Source: an uncultured Verrucomicrobiaceae bacterium (GTDB lineage: Bacteria; Pseudomonadota; Gammaproteobacteria; Pseudomonadales; CAMLJR01). From it: a stretch of 64,000 bases of DNA. The notes beneath the pieces are model-generated. The model was given only the letters and a program-made list of their open reading frames with translations. It had not been told where the DNA came from and did not search any database. The position numbers and the translations under genes were made by a program. Numbering within the stretch: the first letter of the stretch is position 1; each line of letters opens with the position of its first letter. Location: NCBI GenBank assembly GCA_964500675.1, contig CAZCNY010000007.1:152456-216455 (forward strand), read 5' to 3'. Below, piece by piece: positions 11,120-21,356 of this stretch.

Positions 11120-11428
11120 ATGGCGATTGGCGTTAGCAGCAAAACAGGCAGCAAAGGCATCGTGCGACTTACTTGTCGCTTCGACTTTAATTGCATTCGA
11201 GAATTCAAAGAGTTGTACGAGCCGCTCTTGAGCGACACAGCGATAAGCGCGATCGAGATCAACATGAGCGGCGTCGAATATATCGATAGCACCGCGCTCG
11301 GCATGTTGTTGGCATTGCGAGACAAAGCCAAGACCATCAAAAAAGAGGTCGTGCTCGGCGGCTGTGCCGGTGTTCCTCGGCAGGTGCTCGAGGTCGCCCG
11401 ATTTAATCAGCTGTTTGAAATGGTTTGA
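11120..11428 (+). CDS. STAS domain anti-sigma factor antagonist
   Basis: RFDFNCIREF and VEYIDSTALGMLL (conserved phosphorylatable Ser). Confidence 0.88.
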   Translation: MAIGVSSKTGSKGIVRLTCRFDFNCIREFKELYEPLLSDTAISAIEINMSGVEYIDSTALGMLLALRDKAKTIKKEVVLGGCAGVPRQVLEVARFNQLFEMV

Positions 11429-11498
11429 GGGCAACCTGTTTCGAAGTCGGTGCTTTTCGAAATTGAGACGAAGCAATTAAGAGTTGCGGGGATAGCGG

Positions 11499-11864
11499 AT
11501 GAGCAAGCGTGTTTTGGTGGTTGATGATTCGTCTTCAGTGCGGCAGATGATCTGTTTCACATTGAACACAGCGGGCTATCAAACCGAGGAAGCGGGTGAC
11601 GGTAAGCAGGCATTGACGAAAGCGCAGAGCGGCGCATTTAACATGGTTTTTACCGATCAAAACATGCCGGTGATGGATGGGCTCACGCTGATTCGATCGC
11701 TGCGGCAATTGCCGACGTATAAAGCCGTACCGATCTTAATGTTGACCACCGAAGCCGGTGCCGACATGAAAGCGCAGGGCAAGGCCGTAGGTGCAACGGG
11801 TTGGTTGGTTAAACCATTCGATCCGGAAAAATTATTGGAAGTGGTCAAGAAAGTTCTTCCATAA
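11499..11864 (+). CDS. cheY: Chemotaxis response regulator CheY
   Basis: VVDDS, FTDQNMPVMDG, LTTE, LVKPF; located in the che operon. Confidence 0.93.
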   Translation: MSKRVLVVDDSSSVRQMICFTLNTAGYQTEEAGDGKQALTKAQSGAFNMVFTDQNMPVMDGLTLIRSLRQLPTYKAVPILMLTTEAGADMKAQGKAVGATGWLVKPFDPEKLLEVVKKVLP

Positions 11865-11892
11865 AACAGGATCGCAGCGCGGCGATGCTTCC

Positions 11893-13773
11893 ATGAAAGT
11901 CGATACCAGCCAATTCCACCAAGCCTTTTTCGACGAAAGCGCCGAACATCTTGCTGAAATGGAGCGCCTGCTGGTTGCGCTCGATATCGACAACCCCAAC
12001 GCCGAAGATCTCAATGCTATTTTCCGCGCCGCGCATTCGGTGAAAGGCGGCAGTGGCATTTTTGGTTTTGCCGAAATGGCCGTAGTCACGCATGCGCTCG
12101 AATCGCTGCTGGATTTGCTGCGCAAAGGTCATGCGCAACCCGAGGCGGCGATGATCGATGCCACTTTAAAAGCTGGCGATCTGCTCGGCGAATTATTGCA
12201 ATGTTATCGCGCAGGTTCTGAGCTCGATGCGCGCTTGCATGCATCGTGCGATGAAGTTATCGATGCATTGCAAAAACTGTGTATCGCCGTCGGCGCCAAC
12301 GGGTCTGCTGCGATGATGACAGCGTCAGCGCCTGCGCGCATCGATGACGATAGCTTTGGTTTCTTCGACGATGAGGCGACCGCTGCAGATGAAGGTTTTG
12401 GTTTTTTTGCGGACGAGGATGCGAGCGCGCAGGATTGCGGGCTGTTCGAAAACGCACCGGGTGCCGCGATCGACATCGCGCCGCCAGACTCGATTGCTGC
12501 AGTGCTCGTTGCGGCTTCCGCACCGCCCAAACCAAATGCAAGCGAAAGCTCCTCGATTCGTGTCAGCATCGAAAAAACCGATGAGCTCATCAATTTAGTC
12601 GGTGAGTTGGTGATCACCGAAGCGATGCTCGAACAGATGGGACGCGAACTCGATCTCGATCCGGGCGAGCGTATCTATCAGGCGTTGTCGCAGCTCGCGC
12701 GCAACACGCGGCAATTGCAGGAAGCGGCGATGTCGCTGCGCATGTTGCCGATCGGTCAAATATTTTCGCGCTTTCCTCGGCTGGTACGCGATCTCGCCAG
12801 CAAGCTCGGCAAACAAATCGATTTGGTCCTGGAGGGCGAGCATACCGAGCTCGATAAAGGCTTAATCGAAAAATTGACCGATCCGCTCACGCATATCGTG
12901 CGCAATAGTATCGATCACGGCATCGAAATGCCGGAGCAGCGCGCGGCGTCTGGAAAAAATGCGCGCGGCAAAGTGCAGCTGCGCGCATTTCATCGCGGTG
13001 GCAACATCATCATCGAAGTGATCGACGACGGCCGCGGGCTCAATCGCGAGAAAATTTTGGAGAAGGCGCGCGAGCGCGGTTTTTCCGTCGATAACACGAT
13101 GAGCGATGCCGATGTCTGGCAATTGATTTTCGAGCCGGGTTTTTCCACCGCGGAAGTCGTCACCGATGTTTCGGGGCGCGGCGTGGGCATGGATGTGGTG
13201 CGGCGCAATATCGCGTCGATGTCGGGGCGCGTCGATATCGAATCGTGGGCGGGGCAGGGCAGTCGCATCGCGATTCGCCTGCCGCTCACACTCGCGATTC
13301 TCGACGGCATGCTGGTCACTGTCGGCGCGGAAACTTACGTGGTTCCACTCGCATCGATCGTTGAATCGCTACAGCCAGAAGCCGATAGCATTTCCACGAT
13401 CGCTGGACGTGGGCGTGTTATCCGCGTGCGCGGTGAATTCATTCCCTTGGTGGCCTTGCACGAGTTGTTCAATATTTCTTCGAATTGCCGCGATGCCAAT
13501 GAATCGATCGTCGTGCTGCTCGAAGCAGCAACGGGAACATTTGCGCTGCAAGTCGACGCGCTTGCAGGTCAGAGCCAGGTCGTCATCAAAAGTTTGGAAA
13601 ACAATTATCGTCGTGTCGATGGATTTTCAGGAGCGACGATTCTCGGTAGTGGCCGCGTCGCGATGATTCTCGATATCGATGGATTGTTGCGTATGAGCCA
13701 CGAAAATTTAGCCAGCGTACCGCGCGCAGCGATGTCGAATGCGGTGCACACCTTTGCGCCGCGAGGAGAGTAA
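11893..13773 (+). CDS. cheA: Chemotaxis histidine kinase CheA
   Basis: P1 RAAHSVKGGSG, HIVRNSIDHG, DDGRGL, SGRGVGMDVV and a C-terminal CheW-like domain. Confidence 0.96.
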   Translation: MKVDTSQFHQAFFDESAEHLAEMERLLVALDIDNPNAEDLNAIFRAAHSVKGGSGIFGFAEMAVVTHALESLLDLLRKGHAQPEAAMIDATLKAGDLLGELLQCYRAGSELDARLHASCDEVIDALQKLCIAVGANGSAAMMTASAPARIDDDSFGFFDDEATAADEGFGFFADEDASAQDCGLFENAPGAAIDIAPPDSIAAVLVAASAPPKPNASESSSIRVSIEKTDELINLVGELVITEAMLEQMGRELDLDPGERIYQALSQLARNTRQLQEAAMSLRMLPIGQIFSRFPRLVRDLASKLGKQIDLVLEGEHTELDKGLIEKLTDPLTHIVRNSIDHGIEMPEQRAASGKNARGKVQLRAFHRGGNIIIEVIDDGRGLNREKILEKARERGFSVDNTMSDADVWQLIFEPGFSTAEVVTDVSGRGVGMDVVRRNIASMSGRVDIESWAGQGSRIAIRLPLTLAILDGMLVTVGAETYVVPLASIVESLQPEADSISTIAGRGRVIRVRGEFIPLVALHELFNISSNCRDANESIVVLLEAATGTFALQVDALAGQSQVVIKSLENNYRRVDGFSGATILGSGRVAMILDIDGLLRMSHENLASVPRAAMSNAVHTFAPRGE

Positions 13774-13776
13774 TGT

Positions 13777-14262
13777 ATGAGTAACGCCGCTGCCGTAGTC
13801 GCTCACGCGAGTCAAGAATATTTGACGTTCGTCTTGGGTGACGAAGAGTACGGAATCGACATTCTGCGCGTGCAGGAAATACGCGGATACGATGCCGTTA
13901 CCGCCATCGCTAACGCACCGCCGTTTATCAAAGGCGTGATCAATCTGCGCGGCACGATTGTTCCGATCGTTGACATGCGCATTAAATTTAATTTGTCGAA
14001 TGCCACCTATGACGAATTTACCGTCGTCATCATTCTGAATGTACTGCAGCGCACCATCGGTATTGTTGTCGATGGCGTGTCCGATGTGGTTGCGCTGGGT
14101 GTCGATGATATTAAACCGCCGCCGGAGTTCGGTTCCGCCTTCGATACCAGGTTTTTGAAAGGTCTCGGCGTAAACGGCGATCGCATGCTCATCATGGTGG
14201 ATATTGAAAAGCTGCTGAGCAGTAAAGATTTGTCGCTGATGGACTCCGACGCGTCGGAATAA
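13777..14262 (+). CDS. cheW: CheW coupling protein
   Basis: [39 protein letters not shown]. Confidence 0.96.
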   Translation: MSNAAAVVAHASQEYLTFVLGDEEYGIDILRVQEIRGYDAVTAIANAPPFIKGVINLRGTIVPIVDMRIKFNLSNATYDEFTVVIILNVLQRTIGIVVDGVSDVVALGVDDIKPPPEFGSAFDTRFLKGLGVNGDRMLIMVDIEKLLSSKDLSLMDSDASE

Positions 14263-14298
14263 CGGTATTCAACATTTGAAGGTTACAGGAGTTATGCC

Positions 14299-16347
14299 AT
14301 GAATATGATTCAGAAAGTTTTCCATTTGTACGATCAGCAGCATGTCGATACATTGCAAAGTAAGTTCGATGAGATGGAAGGTGTTATCGAGGCCATTCAT
14401 AAATCGCAGGCAGTCATTGAATTCGGCCTCGATGGCAGAATCATCGCCGCTAACGACATATTTCTTCGTTTGATGGGTTACACAGCGGCTGAAATTCAAG
14501 GACAGCATCACAGCATCTTCGTCGATCCGTCTTATCGGTCGAGCGGCGAGTATCAGCTGTTTTGGGAAAAATTGCGCCGGGGTGAGTTCGACGCCAATCA
14601 ATATCGGCGGATAGCGAAGGACGGCAAGGAGATTTGGATTCAGGCTTCTTACAATCCCGTGCGCGACAAGCAGGGTAGGTTGTGCAAGGTGGTCAAGCTG
14701 GCCACTGATATTACTGAACAAAAAAACGCGCAGCTGGCACTGGAAGCTGCCGAGAAAAGCCGCGCTGCAGACGCGGCGAAAATGGCGGAGGCGAATGCGC
14801 GCATTCGCGCTGCGCTCGATAATGTCACCACCAATGTCATGATCGCCGATAATGACCGTCAGATTATTTATATGAACCGTTCGGTTTCGGAAATGTTAAT
14901 TACCGCTGAAGCCGATGTTAAAAAAGCGCTACCACATTTTGATGCGCGCAAACTCATCGGCGCGAGCATAGATGTGTTTCATCGCAATCCCGCGCATCAA
15001 CGCGATTTGCTCGCCAATTTGCGCAGCACCTATAACGCGCAAATCAATGTCGGTGGTCGCACATTCTCGCTCATCGCCAATCCCGTGTTTGGACCTGACG
15101 GCGCGCGTCTTGGTTCGGTCGTCGAATGGAAGGATCGCACCGAGGAGGTCAAAGTCGAAAACGAAGTCGGCGATATCGTGATTGCTGCATCGAACGGTGA
15201 TTTCACGCGCCGTATTACACTCGACGGCAAACAGGGATTTTTCCGGCAACTGGGCGAAGGTATCAACCAGCTCGTCAATACTTCCGAGCAGGGTCTCAAG
15301 GATGTGGCGTACGTGTTGGAGGCATTGTCGCGTGGCGATCTGACGCGCTCGATCACGGCCGATTATCAGGGCACATTCGGGCAGCTCAAAGACTACAGCA
15401 ATAATACGGTTCAAAGTCTTACGCAGATGTTGCTGCAAATTCGCGAAGCGACCGAGACGATCAACACCGCGGCCAACGAAATCGCAGCGGGCAACGCCGA
15501 TCTTTCTTCGCGGACCGAACAGCAGGCCTCCAATCTCGAAGAGACCGCTTCGAGCATGGAGGAGTTGACGTCGACCGTTAAACAAAATTCCGATAATGCG
15601 CGGCAGGCGAATCAACTTGCGGTGACCGCATCGGGTGTTGCGCAAAAAGGCGGCGCGGTAGTGCAGAACGTGGTTGAAACGATGGCGGCGATCAACGACA
15701 GCGCGCGCAAAATCGCCGACATTATTTCGGTGATCGATGGCATCGCATTCCAAACCAATATTCTCGCGCTCAATGCGGCGGTCGAAGCGGCGCGCGCGGG
15801 CGAGCAGGGGCGCGGTTTTGCCGTGGTTGCGGCCGAGGTGCGCAATCTCGCGCAACGTTCGGCATCGGCCGCGAAAGAAATCAAATCGTTGATTACCGAT
15901 TCGGTAGAAAAAGTGGACGACGGCAATAAATTGGTGAGCGAAGCCGGCACCACGATGCAGGAGATTGTGCGGTCGATTAAGCACGTCACCGATTTGATGT
16001 CGGAAATTGCAGCGGCATCGGAAGAGCAGAGTTCCGGCATCGAGCAGATTAATACTGCAGTGACGCAAATGGATGAAATGACCCAGCAAAATGCCGCGCT
16101 GGTTGAAGAAGCTTCCGCTGCGGCTGAGTCGTTGCGCGAGCAAGCCGATACATTGTCGCAATCGGTGGGTGTATTCGTGCTCGCAACGGGTGAAGGTGTG
16201 TTGCCACGACCGACGGTGCACGCGCTGCCGAAGCAGGTGGCAAAACCCAGCGCGCTGCCAAAGGCGAGCGTGCCGAAAGCTAAGCTTGGGAAATTAAAAA
16301 CCGCCAAGGCTGCGAAACCTGCCGAAGACGAGTGGGAAGAGTTTTAG
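14299..16347 (+). CDS. Cytoplasmic Aer2/McpB-like chemoreceptor (PAS-PAS-HAMP-MCP) with a C-terminal pentapeptide
   Basis: No TM segment; PAS1 with WIQASYNPV; Aer2-type [34 protein letters not shown]; MCP signalling domain; ends EWEEF. Confidence 0.92.
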   Translation: MNMIQKVFHLYDQQHVDTLQSKFDEMEGVIEAIHKSQAVIEFGLDGRIIAANDIFLRLMGYTAAEIQGQHHSIFVDPSYRSSGEYQLFWEKLRRGEFDANQYRRIAKDGKEIWIQASYNPVRDKQGRLCKVVKLATDITEQKNAQLALEAAEKSRAADAAKMAEANARIRAALDNVTTNVMIADNDRQIIYMNRSVSEMLITAEADVKKALPHFDARKLIGASIDVFHRNPAHQRDLLANLRSTYNAQINVGGRTFSLIANPVFGPDGARLGSVVEWKDRTEEVKVENEVGDIVIAASNGDFTRRITLDGKQGFFRQLGEGINQLVNTSEQGLKDVAYVLEALSRGDLTRSITADYQGTFGQLKDYSNNTVQSLTQMLLQIREATETINTAANEIAAGNADLSSRTEQQASNLEETASSMEELTSTVKQNSDNARQANQLAVTASGVAQKGGAVVQNVVETMAAINDSARKIADIISVIDGIAFQTNILALNAAVEAARAGEQGRGFAVVAAEVRNLAQRSASAAKEIKSLITDSVEKVDDGNKLVSEAGTTMQEIVRSIKHVTDLMSEIAAASEEQSSGIEQINTAVTQMDEMTQQNAALVEEASAAAESLREQADTLSQSVGVFVLATGEGVLPRPTVHALPKQVAKPSALPKASVPKAKLGKLKTAKAAKPAEDEWEEF

Positions 16348-16425
16348 GCTGCAACCCATTTGTACCACTCCGAGATGCAGATGTGTCGGAGTGGTTGATG
16401 CTGTTTGGCGCGGGGTGCTGTATCG

Positions 16426-17274
16426 ATGGCGGTTAATGTTGGTCGCGAATTTATTTATACGCGTGCCGATTTTGCGAAGATTCGTCAACTCATTTATCAA
16501 CATGCCGGTATCACGCTGACCGACGGTAAACAGCAACTCGTCTACAGCCGACTGGCACGGCGGCTGCGCGAGCTCGAGCTGCGTCGGTTTAGTGACTATG
16601 TCGATTTATTGCGACCCGATGTGCCGGAGTGGGAACATTTCACCAATGCGCTGACGACAAATCTGACGTCATTTTTTCGCGAACAGTATCATTTTCCAAT
16701 TCTCGCCGAATACGCGCAAAGCATCGCACGGCGCCCGCTGCGGTTGTGGTCGGCCGCATCTTCCACGGGCGAAGAGCCGTACTCGATGGCGATGACGATG
16801 GTCGAATCATTCGATTCGTTTTCTGCTCCGGTGCGCATTCTCGCTTCCGATCTGGATACCAAGGTGCTTGAGGTCGGCGCGCGCGGTATCTATCCGCTGG
16901 AACGGCTGGAGAAAATTCCTCTGGTGCAAAAGAAACGGTTTTTTCGTCGCGGCGTAGGCGATAACCTGGGTTACGCGTGCGTGGTGCCACCATTGCAGCA
17001 GCTGATCGAGTTCAAACAAATCAATTTGCTCGACGCCAGTTGGGATATCGATTGCAAATTCGATGCGATTTTTTGTCGCAATGTCATGATCTATTTCGAT
17101 AAGCAGACGCAGCGCGCCGTAATTGAAAAGTTTTTGCGCGTGTTGCAGCCGGATGGTCTGCTGTTTACGGGGCACTCGGAAAGTTTTTTTCATGTCGGCG
17201 ATCTTATCGTCCCGGTTGGGAAAACGGTCTATCGCGCCGGATCGCGCAAACGTAGCGGAGCTGTCGATGGCTGA
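16426..17274 (+). CDS. cheR: Chemotaxis methyltransferase CheR
   Basis: [33 protein letters not shown]. Confidence 0.95.
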   Translation: MAVNVGREFIYTRADFAKIRQLIYQHAGITLTDGKQQLVYSRLARRLRELELRRFSDYVDLLRPDVPEWEHFTNALTTNLTSFFREQYHFPILAEYAQSIARRPLRLWSAASSTGEEPYSMAMTMVESFDSFSAPVRILASDLDTKVLEVGARGIYPLERLEKIPLVQKKRFFRRGVGDNLGYACVVPPLQQLIEFKQINLLDASWDIDCKFDAIFCRNVMIYFDKQTQRAVIEKFLRVLQPDGLLFTGHSESFFHVGDLIVPVGKTVYRAGSRKRSGAVDG

Positions 17275-17878
17275 CTACAATTACGCGCAAGCGCTGGCAC
17301 CGACGAATTATTTTGATCAGCATTTCAAGCGCGAAGCGGTAAAGATATTGCCGGGTGAATACTACGTGACGACGCGCGATATGCTGATTGTCACCGTGTT
17401 GGGCTCCTGCATTTCGGTGTGCTTGCGCGATCGAAAAAGCGGTATCGGCGGCATGAATCATTTTATGCTGCCGGGCAATAACGATGGCGATGCCGGGCCG
17501 GTGAGCAGCTCCGCGCGTTACGGTAGCTACGCGATGGAGATATTGATCAATCATCTGCTAAAACTCGGCGCCGAGCGCCGTCGGTTGGAAGCAAAAGTAT
17601 TTGGCGGCGGCCGGGTATTGCCGGGTTTCACGGTCAATCAGGTCGGCGATCGCAATGCCGAGTTTGTGTTGAGCTATTTGCGCGCGGAAAAAATTCCGAT
17701 CATTGCCCAGGATTTGCTCGATATTTACCCGCGCAAAATTTATTTTTTTCCGGCTGAGGGGCGCGTTCTGGTGCGAAAGCTGAAAACACAACATAACAAC
17801 ACGATTCTCGACCGCGAAACCGAATACCGCCGAAAAATTGCCAGCGCAAAAGTGGCGGGCGAGGTCGAATTGTTTTAG
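17267..17878 (+). CDS. cheD: Chemoreceptor glutamine deamidase CheD
   Basis: [32 protein letters not shown]. Confidence 0.95.
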   Translation: MADYNYAQALAPTNYFDQHFKREAVKILPGEYYVTTRDMLIVTVLGSCISVCLRDRKSGIGGMNHFMLPGNNDGDAGPVSSSARYGSYAMEILINHLLKLGAERRRLEAKVFGGGRVLPGFTVNQVGDRNAEFVLSYLRAEKIPIIAQDLLDIYPRKIYFFPAEGRVLVRKLKTQHNNTILDRETEYRRKIASAKVAGEVELF

Positions 17879-17924
17879 AGGAGTTTTCAGGGCTGGATGT
17901 CGTTCAATCCTGTGGGGCGCTTAA

Positions 17925-18992
17925 ATGACCGCGAAAACCAAGGTTCTAATCGTCGACGACTCAGCGCTGATACGCAGCATGCTGCGAGAAATCATTGCCA
18001 GTTTTCAAGAATTTGAAGTGGTCGGTGCGGCGCCCGATCCCTACGTCGCGCGCGATATGATCAAGCAGTTGAATCCCGATGTGATTACGCTCGATGTTGA
18101 AATGCCGCGCATGGATGGCTTGGATTTTCTGGAGCGGCTCATGCGCATGCGGCCGATGCCGGTGGTGATGATTTCCTCGCTCACCGAACGGGGCGCGGAC
18201 ATCACGTTGCGCGCGCTCGAATTGGGTGCGATCGATTTCGTGACCAAACCCAAAGCGGCGAACACGCTTGAATTGGAGCAATACGCCGATGAGATCGCGG
18301 AAAAACTGCGCGCAGCGGCGCGCGCAAAATTGCGACCCGCTGCGAAAACGGTAAGCCCAGCGACTCATTCGGCGGCGAAAGAGCGCTCGCCGTTTGCGAC
18401 CTCGGAAAAAATAATTTGCATCGGCGCATCGACCGGCGGCACCGAAGCGATTAAAGCGGTATTGATGGGGTTGCCGCCGGATAGTCCCGGCATCGTCATC
18501 GCGCAACACATGCCGCCTGGGTTTACGCACTCGTTTGCCGAGCGTCTCGATAAATTATGTGCGCTGAAAGTGGTTGAGGCGCGCGGAGGTGAGCGCGTGC
18601 TGCCGGGCCACGTTTTCATCGCGCCGGGCCACGCGCATTTATTGCTGCGCAGGTCGGGAGCCAATTACGTCACTGAATTATCCGGAGCCGACCCCGTCAA
18701 TCGTCATCGCCCCTCAGTCGATGTGTTATTCAAGTCCGCCGCCGAAGCGGCGGGGCGGAATGCGATCGGCGTGATTCTGACCGGAATGGGGCGCGATGGC
18801 GCGCAAGGGCTGTTGGAAATGCGCAATGCGGGCAGCTTTACCGTTGCGCAGAGTGAGCGGAGCTGTGTGGTTTATGGCATGCCGAAAGAAGCTGTGAATG
18901 TCGGTGCCGTGGAGCATATTGTCGATCTCGAAAAAATCGCCGAGGAATTGCAGAGTGCGCAGATTGTGAAGGCGAAAGCCGTGCGCATCTGA
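17925..18992 (+). CDS. cheB: Chemotaxis methylesterase CheB (REC plus esterase)
   Basis: [26 protein letters not shown]. Confidence 0.96.
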   Translation: MTAKTKVLIVDDSALIRSMLREIIASFQEFEVVGAAPDPYVARDMIKQLNPDVITLDVEMPRMDGLDFLERLMRMRPMPVVMISSLTERGADITLRALELGAIDFVTKPKAANTLELEQYADEIAEKLRAAARAKLRPAAKTVSPATHSAAKERSPFATSEKIICIGASTGGTEAIKAVLMGLPPDSPGIVIAQHMPPGFTHSFAERLDKLCALKVVEARGGERVLPGHVFIAPGHAHLLLRRSGANYVTELSGADPVNRHRPSVDVLFKSAAEAAGRNAIGVILTGMGRDGAQGLLEMRNAGSFTVAQSERSCVVYGMPKEAVNVGAVEHIVDLEKIAEELQSAQIVKAKAVRI

Positions 18993-19016
18993 AGCTGTTT
19001 GCGAATATCGGCGTTG

Positions 19017-20720
19017 CTAATGCGTTGCGATATTGTCGCCGCGCGGCCAACGGTACAGCGCCGTAATCGAATTCCCGGTTGCGTTGGCGCTGAGGTTATC
19101 GCACATCGCGGCGATGGTGCACAGGCCGCGCCCGCTATGGCGCCAATTCTGTTCCGTCGCGGTTAGCGCAGCGCTGAAATCGAAACCGGGTCCGCTGTCC
19201 TCGCAACGAATAACAAAAGTGCCGACACCATCGGTCACATCGCAGCTGATTTCGACATTGATCTGTCCGGCATCAAAGGCGGCGAGGCGCTCTGCGCGCT
19301 GTGAAAAATATTCGAACATGCCGTTCTCTTGTTCCTTGAGCGCGGATTCCAGGCGCAGCAAACCATGATCGAGCGCGTTGACGAATAATTCGTTGATGAT
19401 GAATGAAATGTCGGCGCGCGCGGCGCGCACGATGGGGTGTGCGGGCAGTGTGCTGAAAATAAGTTCCAGCGGGTGTTCGCCGCGCAGTTGTTGCGGTTCG
19501 AGCTGAAATTGCGTGCGCCAATGAAAGCCATCGACTTCGGCGGCTTCCTGAGTATTGGTGAAGAGTTCGGGAATTCCGCTGTATTCGGCACTGTTGAAGC
19601 AAAAAATCGTGACGTCGTCGCTGAGCGTGCCGTGATCGACGAACGGATACAGCGTTTCAATAATGCGATCGATAATGCCGAGTTCGGGCGATTGTTCGAG
19701 CGTCTTCAGCAAATTCTCTTCGCCGAACATTTCGCCCTGTGCATTGGCGGTTTCAGTGACGCCGTCGGTGAAACACAAAATCTGCTGACCTGGTCGCAAG
19801 TCGATGCTGACGACGCTGTCGTCGAATTCGGCGTCGATCAATGCACCGAGCGCCATATGCTGGGACTGCAATACGGATTCGACGCGGCCGTGCTCGTCGA
19901 AAATCAGTTGCGATGGCATACCCCCCGACCAAATATGCAGGCGCCGACCCTGATCCTGCACGGCGATCAATACAGCCGCGCACAGCAGATAATCGGGCAT
20001 GCGTTTGCGAAACACCTTGTTCATTTCGCGCGCCATGGCGCCGACACCGAAGCCTTTGCTCGTCATCGTGAAAAATGTTTCAGCGATCGGAATCGTGCCG
20101 AGTGCAGCGGGCAAACCGTGTCCGGTGATATCGGCGACGAGTACGTTAAAGCCCTCGCCGGGACGCGGCGACATCAGCAATAAATCACCGCTGAACGATG
20201 AATACGCCGAAAGAAATGAGCTGACACCTGGCACCGCGGGTAAATTTTGTGCGTTGATGTACGAGAACACGTCGGTGGCAATTTGCACTTCCGCTTCGGT
20301 TTGACTGCGAAACTGTTTGAGTTCGCGATTGTGTTCGTCGAGCTGCAGATACAGTTGGCGCGTGCGCTGCATCGCGAGCAGTTTTGCCAGCAAGACGGCT
20401 TGGCTGAACGGTTTGATGACGACATCATCGCCGTACCGCAACAACTTCACCAGTAACTCAGAGTCTTCGCTGTGACTCAGAAACACCACCGCCGCGTGCT
20501 GGCCGCGATCGGTGTTGCGAATGCGATTGGCGAGCAGACACGAATCGATGTCGGGTAGTTGTGTCGAGAGCAATACTAAGCCGATGTTATCGTCGTCGAA
20601 CCAGATATCGAGCGCTTCATCGCCGCTCGCAGCGAACAGCGTGTCGCAATGCAATTCGTCCGAGGCGATGAAAAACAGCAGACGAATTTCCGCCTCCGGG
20701 TCAACCACGAGGATTTTCAC
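19017..20720 (-). CDS. Partner-switch protein: degenerate REC, PP2C/SpoIIE phosphatase and RsbW-like kinase (HsbR-like)
   Basis: SGDLL, ADITGHG, FTDGVTE, DDVT (PP2C); NELFVNALDHG, EDSGPGF, SGRGL (HATPase); the receiver Asp position is Ser. Confidence 0.88.
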   Translation of the reverse strand: MKILVVDPEAEIRLLFFIASDELHCDTLFAASGDEALDIWFDDDNIGLVLLSTQLPDIDSCLLANRIRNTDRGQHAAVVFLSHSEDSELLVKLLRYGDDVVIKPFSQAVLLAKLLAMQRTRQLYLQLDEHNRELKQFRSQTEAEVQIATDVFSYINAQNLPAVPGVSSFLSAYSSFSGDLLLMSPRPGEGFNVLVADITGHGLPAALGTIPIAETFFTMTSKGFGVGAMAREMNKVFRKRMPDYLLCAAVLIAVQDQGRRLHIWSGGMPSQLIFDEHGRVESVLQSQHMALGALIDAEFDDSVVSIDLRPGQQILCFTDGVTETANAQGEMFGEENLLKTLEQSPELGIIDRIIETLYPFVDHGTLSDDVTIFCFNSAEYSGIPELFTNTQEAAEVDGFHWRTQFQLEPQQLRGEHPLELIFSTLPAHPIVRAARADISFIINELFVNALDHGLLRLESALKEQENGMFEYFSQRAERLAAFDAGQINVEISCDVTDGVGTFVIRCEDSGPGFDFSAALTATEQNWRHSGRGLCTIAAMCDNLSANATGNSITALYRWPRGDNIATH

Positions 20721-20765
20721 CGCGCGCTAACCCCCATCATTGTGCCTCAGCCTTTGCACATCGCT

Positions 20766-21065
20766 TTAGCTCATCGAGAACTTTTTGTCGAAGCGCGCGA
20801 TTTCGAGGATTTTCCTAACGGTTTCGTTGGCGTGCAACAGCGATATCTTTTTGTCGGGCCCGAAAAAGTTGCGCATCGATAACAGCATGCCGAGCGCGGC
20901 GCTGTCGATGTATTCAACGCCGCGCAGGTCGACGTCAATCTTTTCCGGCGGCTGCTCCGCATTCTTGTAACTGGCGGCGAACTCTTTATAGAGGGAAAAA
21001 GTGAAGCGGCCACTGATTTTGATGGTGAGATTGGATCCTTGCTGCGTTGCGGCGACAGTATTCAT
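20766..21065 (-). CDS. STAS anti-sigma factor antagonist (HsbA-like)
   Basis: ISGRFTFSLYKEF, VEYIDSAALGMLL; GGAGG upstream of the ATG at 21065. Confidence 0.9.
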   Translation of the reverse strand: MNTVAATQQGSNLTIKISGRFTFSLYKEFAASYKNAEQPPEKIDVDLRGVEYIDSAALGMLLSMRNFFGPDKKISLLHANETVRKILEIARFDKKFSMS

Positions 21066-21253
21066 TCTGGCCTCCCGAATTCGATGTCGCGGTAAAGTGT
21101 AGACAGCGGCGGTGGACCCCGCCAAAGCCTTTCGCCGCTCAAAGTTACGCCGTTTGTTTAAGGATTCTGCGGAGTTGCAGTGACAATTGCGATTTTCTCG
21201 ACCAGACTATTGACCTGAAATCTAAATACATCGCGAAGATGCATTTAGATTTC

Positions 21254-21321
21254 GCGGCAAATGCCGCATAAAACGCATCCTGCGTTTGTTATCAATCCGG
21301 TGAAAATTGCCGGATTGATAA
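21254..21321. promoter_or_regulatory. Three consecutive inverted repeats in the STAS/HD-GYP divergent region
   Basis: gcggca-aa-tgccgc; aaacgca-tcc-tgcgttt; ttatcaatccgg-9 nt-ccggattgataa. Confidence 0.5.
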
Positions 21322-21356
21322 TGTGACACCAAATTGACTGCCCGAAGACCGTTACT

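Noticed and set aside
9903-14295. Identical 12-mer tacaggagttat before both MCP genes, a possible CsrA site
   Set aside because: caggagttat also precedes the unrelated phosphoesterase, so a common SD context explains it.
14929-16221. 430-aa antisense ORF, and similar long ones at 29827-31029, 21483-22334, 51718-52596 and 60329-61411
   Set aside because: Shadow frames of well-supported genes in GC-rich DNA with no protein motifs.
9442-18992. The chemosensory operon as a novel system
   Set aside because: Gene content and order match known F7/Che2-type clusters (P. aeruginosa che2, V. cholerae cluster III); only specific deviations are reported.
21090-21330. c-di-GMP-I riboswitch upstream of the HD-GYP or STAS gene
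   Set aside because: gccaaagcc is suggestive, but the GGCAAACC / GNRA / GGGACGCAAAGC framework is not present.
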